DNA of 59,691 nucleotides, from contig CAKORV010000003.1 in the NCBI GenBank assembly GCA_934101625.1, positions 1 to 59,691 on the forward strand, in the 5' to 3' direction. The notes under the pieces were generated by a model. That model ran no database searches. It was not told the DNA's origin and saw nothing but the letters and a program-made list of their open reading frames with translations. Both the position numbers and the translations under genes were made by a program. This stretch comes from an uncultured Bacilli bacterium (GTDB lineage: Bacteria; Bacillota_I; Bacilli_A; RF39; UBA660). The number at the start of each line of letters is the position of its first letter. Position 1 is the stretch's first letter. Positions 1 through 10,080 of this stretch are shown here, piece after piece.

Positions 1-309
1 TATTCCAAAAAATATTCCAATAAAAACAGCCACTATTATTATAATAGAAAAAATTGAAACTATTTTACCCGCTACCATAGACTTTTTAGCAACAGGATTA
101 TTCTCCATAAAATCTTTTACTCTCTCAAATTGTTCTTTTTGTTTTTCATCATGTGCATCCAATACTCCTTTAGTATATTTATAGCCTTCTGTATAAGCAT
201 CTTCTACACTAAAAGTAGTATGACAATACTTACATGTAACAGTTTCAGTCTTTTCTGGAACACTTAACTTAGCTCCACAATTCTTACATTTTAACTCATT
301 TAATTTCAC
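1..309 (-). CDS. zinc-ribbon membrane protein, N-terminal part only (gene runs off the window start)
   Basis: Absent from the ORF track because it is open at the window edge. Minus-strand GTG at 309..307 follows AGGTGA. Translation is MKLNELKCKNCGAKLSVPEKTETVTCKYCHTTF (CxxC-x14-CxxC), then a hydrophobic helix IVSIFSIIIIVAVFIGIFFGI. 103 codons without a stop. Confidence 0.55.
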   Translation of the reverse strand, partial: MKLNELKCKNCGAKLSVPEKTETVTCKYCHTTFSVEDAYTEGYKYTKGVLDAHDEKQKEQFERVKDFMENNPVAKKSMVAGKIVSIFSIIIIVAVFIGIFFGI

Positions 310-431
310 CTATATCACCTGACAACATATTAACATATTTTATGAAAAAATAAAAGTAGAGATTTTATACCTTTATCAATCACAATTTAATTTATTCAAA
401 AAAATCTCATACTTTTTATATGAGACATTTT

Positions 432-468
432 AACGACTCAGGGCTTCTAAAGTTTTTTAAGTACCAAT
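432..468. repeat. 37-nt intergenic repeat, copy A (decayed hairpin)
   Basis: aacgactcagggcttctaaagttttttaagtaccaat matches 1210-1246 at 33 of 37 positions. It lies just 3' of a minus-strand gene. Confidence 0.6.
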
Positions 469-493
469 CGATAAAAATTTTTTAAGTAAATTT

Positions 494-1003
494 TCACTTT
501 TTCTTTTTAATTATAATTATTCCAACAATTGATGTAATTAGTATAATAGGTGCTAAACGAATAAATAGCCATTCAAAACTATGATAAATTACTCCAAGCA
601 CAGCATTCTCTGGATCTTTATAATCCCAATTTAAATATGGACTATTCATAATTAATAAAAAGATAAACATAATTAACACACATACACAAATTATTATTAA
701 TAAGTTACATAGCCTTTTTCTTTTCATTTCATTTTCTTTATAAAGTTGTTGATTTATAACTTCTAATTTCTCAGATATTACTTTTAATTCATCACTTTTT
801 ACTTCTTCGATATTTTCTCCAAGCAAAGTACTAACTGGGGTATCAAACACTTCTGACAAATTAATTAACATTTCCGCATCTGGTACTGATAAACCTTGTT
901 CCCATTTAGATATAGTCTGTCTTACTACATTCAATTTAACACTTAATTCTTCTTGAGACAAACCTTTTTGTTTTCTTAATATTTTAATATTATCTTTTAA
1001 CAT
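494..1003 (-). CDS. membrane-anchored Xre-family HTH transcriptional regulator
   Basis: N-terminal HTH_3 motif LRKQKGLSQEELSVKLNVVRQTISKWEQG. Two C-terminal hydrophobic helices (LLIIICVCVLIMFIFLLIM and APIILITSIVGIIII). Confidence 0.8.
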   Translation of the reverse strand: MLKDNIKILRKQKGLSQEELSVKLNVVRQTISKWEQGLSVPDAEMLINLSEVFDTPVSTLLGENIEEVKSDELKVISEKLEVINQQLYKENEMKRKRLCNLLIIICVCVLIMFIFLLIMNSPYLNWDYKDPENAVLGVIYHSFEWLFIRLAPIILITSIVGIIIIKKKK

Positions 1004-1209
1004 ACAATTTCTCCTTCCAAATTAATTCTATTACACTTAAAGAGTTGCTACAAGCAATGTATTTTAACATTTAATATAAATTAGAAATGATACCATTATT
1101 TTTTATTTTATAAATTACAAGTTTTATAAACAGATATACCTTTTTACATTAAATACTCTAATGATTCTTTTGAATTTTTATATTGTTTCAAGATACTTAT
1201 TTAAAATAA

Positions 1210-1246
1210 AACGACTCAGAGCTTCAAAAGTTTTCTGAGTACCAAT
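1210..1246. repeat. 37-nt intergenic repeat, copy B (terminator-like hairpin for the minus-strand gene)
   Basis: actcaga / tctgagt 7-bp stem. A T-rich tract follows on the minus strand, directly 3' of the DUF1697 gene. Confidence 0.55.
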
Positions 1247-1288
1247 AAATAAGAAAATACCAGGTTTAATATCGATAGTCAACAATTT

Positions 1289-1834
1289 TTAATCTTTTTT
1301 ACACAATTCTACTATCTTTTTCATAGTATTTCCAGTTCTAATAGTTATTTTATCTTTTATACTAGTACTTGCTGTCTTTATCCACCAAGAACTTTTTCTA
1401 TAGTTTTTTAAATCAAAAGACCAAAATATTGCATTATCTATTGGTAAAATCTTATCTATATTTCCTGTAGGCTCACCTATGGTATCCAATACTTCTTTCA
1501 CATCAGTTTCTTCAGTCATAAAAATTATATTGTCATATATTTCTTTATTATTAGTTCCCCACCAATCAGGTTTTTTAGATAGTATAATTTCAAGTTCATC
1601 TAAAGTTATTATAACCATTGGAATATCCAAATTAAATTTATCTTTAAGTAGATTCTTTATTTCATTAAAAACCTCAGTTCTTTCTTTATCAGAATTAACT
1701 ATTAAATTACCACTATTTAAATAAGTAAATGCATCATGATAACCAATATCTTCTACTTCTTTCTTTAATTCAGTCATTGATATTTTATTTTTACCACTTA
1801 TATTAACACCTCTTAATAAAATTATATACTTCAT
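1289..1834 (-). CDS. DUF1697 family protein
   Basis: N-terminus MKYIILLRGVNISGKNKISMTELK matches the conserved LLRG(I/V)N(V/I)xGKNK signature of DUF1697 proteins. Length about 180 aa is typical. Confidence 0.7.
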   Translation of the reverse strand: MKYIILLRGVNISGKNKISMTELKKEVEDIGYHDAFTYLNSGNLIVNSDKERTEVFNEIKNLLKDKFNLDIPMVIITLDELEIILSKKPDWWGTNNKEIYDNIIFMTEETDVKEVLDTIGEPTGNIDKILPIDNAIFWSFDLKNYRKSSWWIKTASTSIKDKITIRTGNTMKKIVELCKKD

Positions 1835-1844
1835 TGCATACTCC

Positions 1845-2369
1845 TTATTTATACTTTTCCTCTAATTCATTTTGTATATTTTCAGCTAATTTAATTTGTC
1901 CTTTTAAATCCCACATACCTATATTTCTACCCGCTTTTATAAACATATTACCTGTTTGATGAAAATAAAAATCTATATTTCTATCATGAGCTTCTTTATA
2001 TAAATTCTCAATCCACTCATATCTTAAAGGTCTAACATCTTTAATTAATGCCATTTCTCCACCCACATTAACACATTTAATAAGTCCAGTATCCAAATAT
2101 TTAGTAAGTGTCATCGGGCCTATTAAAGGAGAACAAAATACTTCTCTATGTTTAACAGGTGCTTTTAATAATTCAGGAACTCTTTTATCAGCCATTTCTT
2201 GATTCTCTATAGAAACACTAATATGTACATGTTTCCAACCATCACCCCAATCATTTTGAACACAATATTTAATTTTTTCAAGTGTAGTCTTACCCCTTGT
2301 AATAATAGTTGTATCTCTACCATATCTTTCATTCCATTTTATATATAAAACAATTCTTACACCCTTGAC
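1845..2369 (-). pseudogene. 5'-truncated DUF5131 (phage Gp37/Gp68-like) gene remnant
   Basis: The frame is open from the TGA at 2370-2372 but has no start codon before the ATG at 2195. The translation HVHISVSIENQEMADKRVPELLKAPVKHREVFCSPLIGPM...VNVGGE...FYFHQTG matches only the C-terminal half of DUF5131 proteins. The N-terminal Cys-rich half is missing. Confidence 0.55.
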
Positions 2370-2424
2370 TCACTTTTTAATTAATATTTATCTTTACATA
2401 AAAAGTAGACCTTAATCTACTTGT

Positions 2425-3438
2425 TTATTTTTCAATATATCCACTTATACCTTTAGTATACATATCATCAGTTACTGATTTATATCTTTCACCATCATAA
2501 TCATCAGTAAATCCATTATATGCTTTATAAACTTCATTTGTTTCAGTATCATACACTCTTTCATAACCTAAAGTAGCATCACTTTGTTTTTGACTCATTA
2601 TATCAAAACTAGCATTTCTCTTTTCCCAAGAATCCATTATACCATCACTAATTTGATTACATATATTTCTAACATTTTGGAAATTCTTCATAACTGCATC
2701 TTGTTGACTATAAAATCCATTTATAAATGTATCACTAAACTCTAATGAGCTAGCTATTGTATTTAAAGTATCTTGCCAATTTATAAGCTCATCTTTAGGT
2801 GCTGTAAAGAACATCGCATCATATACATTTAAATAATAAATATCTATTTGTTTACCTGACATAATATATTCATTTACATAATATGGTCCAACATCATAAA
2901 CATAAGCAGTAAAAATTCCTTCTCCAGATTTTCCAGTATCATCAGTAAAAGTCGCTCTCAAAATGTCCCCACCAATCAATCCTTTACCTAAATTCTCTAC
3001 AACAGTAAAATCATTTAAAATTGGAAAAGTAAATTCACTTGTATTATTTAAAGGTCCTAAATCATTAAATATCTTATAAAAACCTTCTGTATCTTTAGTA
3101 GCTATTACACTAGTCTTAGCAAACATACTATCAGGATAATATCTTTGTTGAAATGCTTTAGCCTCTTCTGATTTATTATATCCTTCTGTTTTCATATTAA
3201 AGAAAAATTGATAAGTAGGATTTTCAGGATTATAAGCTTTTAAAGTATAATGAATATAATCACCTAAAGTAACTACTTTCCAACCTTCAGGTACTTTTAA
3301 TTTAACCAAACCATTATCATAATCAGTAAGTTTAATAGCTTTTGTTTCAGCATCCCTAATTTTAACTTTAGTACCACATCCAGTTAACATTAAAGCCATA
3401 ACCCCACACATAATAAACAATAACATTTTCTTTTTCAT
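2425..3438 (-). CDS. lipoprotein of unknown function
   Basis: Signal peptide with lipobox: MKKKMLLFIMCGVMALMLTGCGT. A hairpin (agtaga/tctact) lies just downstream on the minus strand. Confidence 0.7.
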   Translation of the reverse strand: MKKKMLLFIMCGVMALMLTGCGTKVKIRDAETKAIKLTDYDNGLVKLKVPEGWKVVTLGDYIHYTLKAYNPENPTYQFFFNMKTEGYNKSEEAKAFQQRYYPDSMFAKTSVIATKDTEGFYKIFNDLGPLNNTSEFTFPILNDFTVVENLGKGLIGGDILRATFTDDTGKSGEGIFTAYVYDVGPYYVNEYIMSGKQIDIYYLNVYDAMFFTAPKDELINWQDTLNTIASSLEFSDTFINGFYSQQDAVMKNFQNVRNICNQISDGIMDSWEKRNASFDIMSQKQSDATLGYERVYDTETNEVYKAYNGFTDDYDGERYKSVTDDMYTKGISGYIEK

Positions 3439-3487
3439 AATGTCCTCCTATACCTATATATATTATATCATTAATACCAAAGTTTTG

Positions 3488-3697
3488 TTATAATTTATCG
3501 AATAGTATACACTTTTCTTTCATACTTATTTTTTTAACAACATAACCATAATCATTTAATTCTTTTTTATATGTTAAAAAAGAATGATCAATAGGAAAAC
3601 CCAAAATATTTTCTATTTCTTCATAAGTTAACTTATACTCTTCTTTTTTATTATCTTTTAAATATTTCCTTAAAGGTTCATACTTACTCATTATCAA
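3488..3697 (-). CDS. small hypothetical protein
   Basis: Overlaps the upstream gene by 14 nt. Has the KYEPLRKYL...LTYEEIENILGF motif seen in many small uncharacterised bacterial proteins. Confidence 0.45.
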   Translation of the reverse strand: MIMSKYEPLRKYLKDNKKEEYKLTYEEIENILGFPIDHSFLTYKKELNDYGYVVKKISMKEKCILFDKL

Positions 3698-4004
3698 TTT
3701 TCTTATCTATCCAATCTAAATAAGATTCTTTAATACTCGTAATAGGATATGAAGCAAACTCAAAGAACTCACTACTATGTATAGACTTAACAACATCACG
3801 TATTTCATCAACTTTTGTTGTCATTGTTATAACATCAAATAAATATTCCTTTTTATTTTTTCTTTCACCTTTCACATAATAACTACTTTCAGTTTCTAAA
3901 ACATGACAACTAGCCACTAATCTTTTAGATAGTAATTCATTTTTCGTTTTATCTACTTCATCCTTATTATCATAAGCTATTTCTACAACACAATATTTAC
4001 TCAT
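3684..4004 (-). CDS. cutA: CutA1-like divalent-ion tolerance protein
   Basis: 106 aa. Collinear with the CutA pattern: VVEIAY..., KRLVASCHV, SSYYVKGE...EYLFDVITMTTKVDEI, SIHSSEFFEFASYPI, SYLDWI. Confidence 0.6.
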   Translation of the reverse strand: MSKYCVVEIAYDNKDEVDKTKNELLSKRLVASCHVLETESSYYVKGERKNKKEYLFDVITMTTKVDEIRDVVKSIHSSEFFEFASYPITSIKESYLDWIDKKIDNE

Positions 4005-4099
4005 TTTATATTCCTCCTTGACTTAATCTATTATACAACATTTTTAAATATTATTTTATTTTTTTCTAAATTTTCTAAACACAAAACTTGCATATATCA

Positions 4100-4852
4100 T
4101 TAATCATTTATAAACTCAACATAATTATCAAAATACCTAATGTTATTATCTATATTTATTTTAATCTTATGTTTTTCAATTAACCTCTCTATTAAATAAA
4201 CCCACATATTATCATGTAAATATACTTTTTGCATTAACTTGCCTACTAAACTACTTATCTTAACCTTACCCATTATTTTCAAAGTATCTAAAATAAAATT
4301 ATCATAAAAGTCAAATGACACAGATTTTATATCATTATTATCAATTACTCTTAAATCCGTATTTTTATTAATTAGATCATTCCAAATCTTAGCATTATCA
4401 TTTATCTCTTTAACTGATAATTTATGTTCAAGTTTAGATAACAACCTTAATTCTTCTTCATTCATTACACTTGGAGATGGATAATTCTCATCATATTTAT
4501 CACAATAAAGAACATACAAATCATATTCATATTTTTTTACTACGCTAGAAATATAAAGCATAATCAAATATGAATGTATATCTTTTCTACCAGTCCATAC
4601 TCTTATTTTATTTTTATTAACAATATTCCTAATAATTGTATCATATTCTTCTTTAAAGTAAACATTGTTTTTTTCATAATATAATTCTTCAGGTATTCTT
4701 ATATTAAATTTCTCTATATCAGACAAATCTCCTACATTAAATTTAACATTAAACATCAAAATATTACTATTTAATTGACTATTTTTTAAAGTACTATAAC
4801 AAGAATTACCAAATACAACATCTAGTGTATCCATTTCTACACATCCTTTCAA
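4100..4852 (-). CDS. hypothetical protein (DUF1835-like N-terminus)
   Basis: N-terminal LDVVFGNSCYSTLK resembles the DUF1835 IHIVFGxSxxGxLK motif (weak). 4-nt overlap with the upstream methyltransferase gene. Confidence 0.4.
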   Translation of the reverse strand: MKGCVEMDTLDVVFGNSCYSTLKNSQLNSNILMFNVKFNVGDLSDIEKFNIRIPEELYYEKNNVYFKEEYDTIIRNIVNKNKIRVWTGRKDIHSYLIMLYISSVVKKYEYDLYVLYCDKYDENYPSPSVMNEEELRLLSKLEHKLSVKEINDNAKIWNDLINKNTDLRVIDNNDIKSVSFDFYDNFILDTLKIMGKVKISSLVGKLMQKVYLHDNMWVYLIERLIEKHKIKINIDNNIRYFDNYVEFIND

Positions 4853-5949
4853 TTATTTTTATAATTAAGTATTACAACACTTTCAATATGTTTAGTACAA
4901 GGAAACATATCAAATAATGTAATACTTTTTATCTCATAAATATCACTCATTAGCTTTAAATCTCTTGCTAGTGTAATTGGATCGCATGACATATATATAA
5001 CTTTCTTAGGTTTCTTTTCTTTAATAACACTTATAGTATACTTATCCATTCCACTTCTAGGTGGATCCGTTATAATTGTAGTAATATTTTCTTTAATCAA
5101 ATCAATTTTATCTTCTACTTTACCACATAAAAACTCAATATTACTAACTTTATTTAAAATAATATTATCTAACGCATTCTTATAAGAAAACTCATTTACT
5201 TCTATTCCATAAACATATTTTGCCTTAGTGCTTGCCATTATTGATAAAGTTCCTACTCCAGAATATAAATCAAGTACTACATCTTCTTCATTTATAAATT
5301 TAATAATATGTTCAAAAACTTTACTAGTTATATAATTATTAACTTGAAAAAAAGAATTAATATCTATTTGATACTTTAAATTATTAATATTCATTATTAT
5401 TGTTTTATCACTACTAGATATAACCTCACCACTATCATTGCTTCTAATAACAATATCTTCATTTACATTATTATTTTGTAAATAATTGTTAATAAAAGGA
5501 CTCGCTAATTTACACTCATCTATATCTAATACTTCACTGCTATTTCTTTTAACATATCCTGGTTTATCAAATCCCTTATGTAAAGTAATTTTATTTCTAT
5601 AATTTTCTCTCTTATCACTCTTTACAATCTCAGGTTCAATTTTTACATCAGCATATTTTTCTAAAATATTTTTTACTTTTTCCTTCTTAAACTCAATTTC
5701 ATCTTCATAAGACATATGCATTAAATCACATCCACCACATACATTATAATAAGGACAAATCGGTTCAATTCTTTTAGGAGAAATAGTTAAATATTTAATT
5801 ACCTTAGCTTCACTATATTTTTTATGTTCTTTAGTTATTTCAATAAGAACATTTTCTCCTTCTAATGCATTCCTTACAAATATTACTTTACCATCTATTC
5901 TAGCTATACCTTCTCCTTCATGATTTAAACCAGTTATAGTAACTTTCAT
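4849..5949 (-). CDS. RumA/TrmA-family 23S rRNA (uracil-C5)-methyltransferase with TRAM domain and Fe-S cluster
   Basis: Four-Cys cluster CPYYNVCGGCDLMH, SAM motif LDLYSGVGT, PPRSG, and catalytic region YMSCDPITLARD. I prefer the ATG at 5949 (MKVTITG), about 10 nt after GGGG. The ORF track starts at 5988. Confidence 0.85.
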   Translation of the reverse strand: MKVTITGLNHEGEGIARIDGKVIFVRNALEGENVLIEITKEHKKYSEAKVIKYLTISPKRIEPICPYYNVCGGCDLMHMSYEDEIEFKKEKVKNILEKYADVKIEPEIVKSDKRENYRNKITLHKGFDKPGYVKRNSSEVLDIDECKLASPFINNYLQNNNVNEDIVIRSNDSGEVISSSDKTIIMNINNLKYQIDINSFFQVNNYITSKVFEHIIKFINEEDVVLDLYSGVGTLSIMASTKAKYVYGIEVNEFSYKNALDNIILNKVSNIEFLCGKVEDKIDLIKENITTIITDPPRSGMDKYTISVIKEKKPKKVIYMSCDPITLARDLKLMSDIYEIKSITLFDMFPCTKHIESVVILNYKNN

Positions 5950-6058
5950 TATTAACATCCCCTTAAATATATAAACTAATTCTATCAAAAAAACTTTCCA
6001 TTGTCTATTACTTCGTTTTCAAAAGTATAATTAGATAATTGTTGATAATAATAAAAAT

Positions 6059-7504
6059 ATGAATACTAAAGAGATAATAAAAGAACTAGAAAAACTTAAG
6101 AAAAATATACCTGACTTAATAGTAAAAAAAATTAAAGTCAGTCCTTTTAAGTGTATTTATATAATTACAAATGAAACAGTATCTTCATCAGACAGAGTCA
6201 ACAATTTTATATTAAAGTATTTCAGTAATAAAAGCATAATAAATCTAAAAGTAATAGACAATTTTAAAAAAGATATTAAAGAAAATATACCTTCAATTAA
6301 TTATAAAAGTGTTAAAACAAAAGAAGAATTAATGGAATATATTTTTAGTGGATTCACAATAGTTATTTATAATAATGAAGTAATGGCATATGAAACTCGT
6401 GCTGATTTAGATCGTGGTGTCACCGAGCCATCAAGTGAGCCAGTTATAAGAGGTCCAAAAGATTCATTTACAGAAAATTATAATAAGAATATAGGTTTAA
6501 TAAGAAAAAGATTAAAAAGTGAACACCTAACTTTAGAAGAACTAACTGTCGGAAAACAAACACATACCAAAGTTGGAATAATGTATATGGATAACATATG
6601 TGAAGAAAACATTGTAACAGAAATTAAAGATACAATTAATAAAATAGAAATAGACGGAATATTTGATGTTAACAATTTTAAAGAATATGTTGTTAAAAGA
6701 AAATATACTTTGTTTCCTACATTAATTTATTCAGAAAAACCAGATGATGCTTCAAGATTTTTACTTGAAGGAAGAGTTATAATCACTATAGAAAATAGTC
6801 CAAGTATAATAATTGCACCCACTTTCTTTATGGATTACTTTAAGAATAGTGAAGACTATTATCACAAAAGTTTTTATGCAACATTTATAAGAATGATAAG
6901 ATTTATAGCATTTACTTTATCTATTATTACACCCGCTTTATTTATTGCAATCATTACTTATGATCAAGAAATATTACCATTAAGTCTACTTATAAACTTT
7001 ACCGAGCAAAGAAGTGCTGTTCCATTCCCAGCGATAATTGAAGCATTTGTGCTTATGTTTACATTTGAATTACTTTATGAAGGAGACTCAAGAACTCCAT
7101 TTAATCGTGGAACAAGCCTATCTATTTTAGGAGCTTTAGTACTAGGTGATGCAGCAGTTAATGCTGGATTAATCTCTCCTATCATGGTAATCGTAATATC
7201 AATCGCATCCCTAAGTAACTTAATATTCATTTACTATGATATGCAAGGCGCGATTAGATTTTGGAGATATATTTTAATGATATTCTCAAGTTTCTTTGGA
7301 CTAATTGGATTCTTAGTGGGAATAACACTTTTAATAATTAACTTGTGTTCAATTGAAACATTTGGTAAACCATACACTTTACCAGTCGCACCATTAATAA
7401 CAAAAGATTTAGGAGACTCTCTCATAAAAACAAGTATTACTAAAAATAAAAAAAGACCATCATTCTTAACTAAGAAAAATATTATAAGGGAGGACACTAA
7501 ATGA
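6059..7504 (+). CDS. spore germination protein, GerA/GerKA family (A subunit)
   Basis: 481 aa with a soluble N-terminal domain followed by 4-5 C-terminal TM helices. First gene of an overlapping three-gene ger operon. Confidence 0.85.
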   Translation: MNTKEIIKELEKLKKNIPDLIVKKIKVSPFKCIYIITNETVSSSDRVNNFILKYFSNKSIINLKVIDNFKKDIKENIPSINYKSVKTKEELMEYIFSGFTIVIYNNEVMAYETRADLDRGVTEPSSEPVIRGPKDSFTENYNKNIGLIRKRLKSEHLTLEELTVGKQTHTKVGIMYMDNICEENIVTEIKDTINKIEIDGIFDVNNFKEYVVKRKYTLFPTLIYSEKPDDASRFLLEGRVIITIENSPSIIIAPTFFMDYFKNSEDYYHKSFYATFIRMIRFIAFTLSIITPALFIAIITYDQEILPLSLLINFTEQRSAVPFPAIIEAFVLMFTFELLYEGDSRTPFNRGTSLSILGALVLGDAAVNAGLISPIMVIVISIASLSNLIFIYYDMQGAIRFWRYILMIFSSFFGLIGFLVGITLLIINLCSIETFGKPYTLPVAPLITKDLGDSLIKTSITKNKKRPSFLTKKNIIREDTK

Positions 7505-8655
7505 AAAAATTATTATTAATTTTAATTTTATTATTACTAACAGGTTGTTCATCAAATTATAGAGAACTTAATGAACTAGGTATTATAACTGCATTTGGAA
7601 TAAAAAAAGTTGATAATGAATATGAATTAGACTTACAATTAGTAAACATAATGGAAGCAGGTAAAAATGGTGTAGAAGAAAGCCCAATAACAATAATCTC
7701 AAGTAAAGGTAAAACTATATTTGATGCCGCTAGAAGTTTAAATTTAAAAAGTTCTAAAATATTCTTTTTAGCCGATGTAAAATATGTAATACTAGATAAA
7801 TCAATTTTAACTGATGATTTAAATGAAATAATAGATTTTTTATCCAGAGATACAAGACTATCCATGAATTTTATAGTTGTAACATGTACAGAAAATGATC
7901 CTATAGATATCTTATCTTCATTAAGTGAATTTGAAATAAACCCAGCAACCAATTTATATAATATCGTTAGTCTAAGTGAATCAAGATATGGCTTATCTTA
8001 TTCTCTTACTATAAAAAAATTTCTAAGTGATTACCTAGAAAATGGAAAAGATATTTTAATTCCAAATATAGTTTTAAATGGAAGTACAAAAGATAGTCAA
8101 AATATAGATAACTTAGAAAATAGTAATACACCTAGTTATATAGAATTAAAGGATTTAGTATTTATAAATGACAAAAAAGAAATAATTCATTTAACTGATG
8201 ATGAAATGTTTGGATATAATTTTTTAAACAATAATATTAAAAATGCTACTATTACTACAGAATGTGAAGGTGGCTATTATACAGTAGAAACTTTAACAAG
8301 CAAAACTAAACTTAAAGATAAACTTAAAGAAGACAAAATTATAATATCAAGTGACATAGAAGCAGAATTAGTTTACTATGGTTGCAATGAACAATTTGAC
8401 AATAAAAAAACTTTAAACAAAATAAGTAATAAAGTTGAAGATACAATAGAAAATTATTATAAAAAAGTAATAAATAAATCTAAAGAAAATAATATTGACT
8501 TTATAGGTTTAGGTAACTATATTTATAAAAGTAATCCAAAATACTTTAATTTTGACAAAAATAATTGGAATAAAGAAGGATTAAACAAATTAAATTTTGA
8601 CTATAAAGTTGAAGTAAATATATATAAACAAGGTAATTTAAAGGAGGAAGTATAA
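7501..8655 (+). CDS. Ger(x)C family spore germination lipoprotein (C subunit)
   Basis: Lipobox MKKLLLILILLLLTGCSS. ATGA overlap with the A subunit. Size 384 aa is typical. Confidence 0.85.
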   Translation: MKKLLLILILLLLTGCSSNYRELNELGIITAFGIKKVDNEYELDLQLVNIMEAGKNGVEESPITIISSKGKTIFDAARSLNLKSSKIFFLADVKYVILDKSILTDDLNEIIDFLSRDTRLSMNFIVVTCTENDPIDILSSLSEFEINPATNLYNIVSLSESRYGLSYSLTIKKFLSDYLENGKDILIPNIVLNGSTKDSQNIDNLENSNTPSYIELKDLVFINDKKEIIHLTDDEMFGYNFLNNNIKNATITTECEGGYYTVETLTSKTKLKDKLKEDKIIISSDIEAELVYYGCNEQFDNKKTLNKISNKVEDTIENYYKKVINKSKENNIDFIGLGNYIYKSNPKYFNFDKNNWNKEGLNKLNFDYKVEVNIYKQGNLKEEV

Positions 8656-9755
8656 TGAATAAATATAAGTTAAATAGTATTACTTTCTCTATTATGTTTA
8701 TTTTATTAATAAATTCCACATTACTTGGTATATTAATCCCCTATCTAATCACTAAAACAAAAACAAGTATAATTATTAGTTTAGGAATAAGTTTTATACT
8801 AGGATTTATATTATTATTTATTTTCTTTAAAATATTTAACTATTTACCCGACAAGAATTTATTTGAAAAAATAGACCATACTTTTCCTAAACCATTAGCT
8901 AAACTGCTTAATCTAGTAATTTTAATTTTAACATTTGCATTTCTAAGTATAATATTTTTTAGAATAAGCACATTTATATCAAGTGAATTTTTAACAGAAA
9001 GTCCTGATTATGTAGTACCAATTATTCTAGTAACTCAAATAATATATTTTTCATGTTTTGATGTAGGAACATCCTCTAGAATAGCTGTTATTTCTCTAGC
9101 GCTGGGACTTATAATGTATCTTACAAATGCTTTTACACTTACTCAAGATATAGATCTAAGTAACTTTAAACCATTACTAAACAATACTTTTAATATACTT
9201 AGTAAATCTTCTATAACATATATATTAGTTTATATGTCTCCATTATTTTTACTTTTATTAATACCTAAAAATAATATAGTAGATAATACAAAGTTAACAA
9301 AAAAACTAACACTATCTTACATAATATCTTTTATATCAAGTAGTATCATCTCTATAGTTATCTTAGGAGTATTAGGTTATAACATTGCTTCACTTTATAA
9401 CTACCCTTCATACGCAGTTCTAAAAACCATGAATGTATTCAGTTTCTTAGATAACTTAGAAAATCTAAATATCTTAGTACTTGTTTTATTTATGTCTTAT
9501 GCATGTGGCTATAGCTTATTATTTATTAAATATTTAGTTAATCATCTTTTCTCAAATAAAAAAGTTAAAAAAATATTATTTATATTACTTATTCTATCCT
9601 TTGTATTTATAACTATTATGACTTTACCATATGAAACATATTTAACTAAATTAAAAATAAAATATGCTTACTTAATATTGCCAATAAGTATTAGCTATTT
9701 GTTAATAACCATTTTAATACTCACATTTAGAAAAAAGAAAAATATAATAAAATAG
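8655..9755 (+). CDS. GerAB-type spore germination permease (B subunit, APC superfamily)
   Basis: 366 aa polytopic membrane protein. Its start overlaps the GerC stop. Its last ~190 nt are partly duplicated at 13558-13757. Confidence 0.8.
   Translation: MNKYKLNSITFSIMFILLINSTLLGILIPYLITKTKTSIIISLGISFILGFILLFIFFKIFNYLPDKNLFEKIDHTFPKPLAKLLNLVILILTFAFLSIIFFRISTFISSEFLTESPDYVVPIILVTQIIYFSCFDVGTSSRIAVISLALGLIMYLTNAFTLTQDIDLSNFKPLLNNTFNILSKSSITYILVYMSPLFLLLLIPKNNIVDNTKLTKKLTLSYIISFISSSIISIVILGVLGYNIASLYNYPSYAVLKTMNVFSFLDNLENLNILVLVLFMSYACGYSLLFIKYLVNHLFSNKKVKKILFILLILSFVFITIMTLPYETYLTKLKIKYAYLILPISISYLLITILILTFRKKKNIIK
9568..9679. repeat. 112-bp direct repeat, left copy (inside the gerAB-type 3' end)
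   Basis: Identical by eye to 13558-13669 (offset 3990 bp). Confidence 0.85.
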
Positions 9756-9785
9756 AAACTCCTAATTTTAGGAGTTTTTATTTAT
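9756..9785 (+). terminator. rho-independent terminator of the ger operon
   Basis: aaactcct / aggagttt 8-bp stem, 6-nt loop, then a T-run. Confidence 0.8.
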
Positions 9786-10080
9786 ATGGAAATTTCGATC
9801 AAAATTAATCTTCTCTCAGATAGTAACATCCATAAACGAAATAAAGATAATTGCATAAAAATTAATAAACAACTAACCACTATAATTATATTATCATTAT
9901 TTAGCATAAATATTAAAAATTTAAAAAAATTATTAAAAATGTAAAAGAAATGATATAATAACTATAGAAGAAACATAATTATATGACAACAATTATTTAA
10001 TAAAATGTTCAAATTAGCATATGATGATGAAAAAAACTACTTGAACTTAAAAATATAAAACTTGATTAGGTGGTGATTGA

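Noticed and set aside
1479-1724. A class of ORF-track entries lying inside or antisense to well-supported genes. Members: 1479-1724, 6478-6675, 7234-7497, 7557-7952, 11506-11697, 12654-12848, 14891-15343, 16221-16424, 17616-17891, 17957-18187, 19367-19672, 23236-23663, 25203-25505, 31530-31763, 31973-32215, 42263-42553, 43392-43988, 46688-46870, 47289-47480, 47607-47804, 48926-49166, 49453-49698, 51198-51464 and 51897-52100.
   Set aside because: All overlap genes with recognisable motifs on the other strand or frame. They have biased Ile/Leu/Phe/Ser/Asn composition, lack an RBS, and are what an AT-rich genome generates by chance.
6059-9755. A-C-B gene order of the ger operon as something novel.
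   Set aside because: Germinant-receptor operon order varies among clostridial-type spore formers. All three subunits look ordinary.
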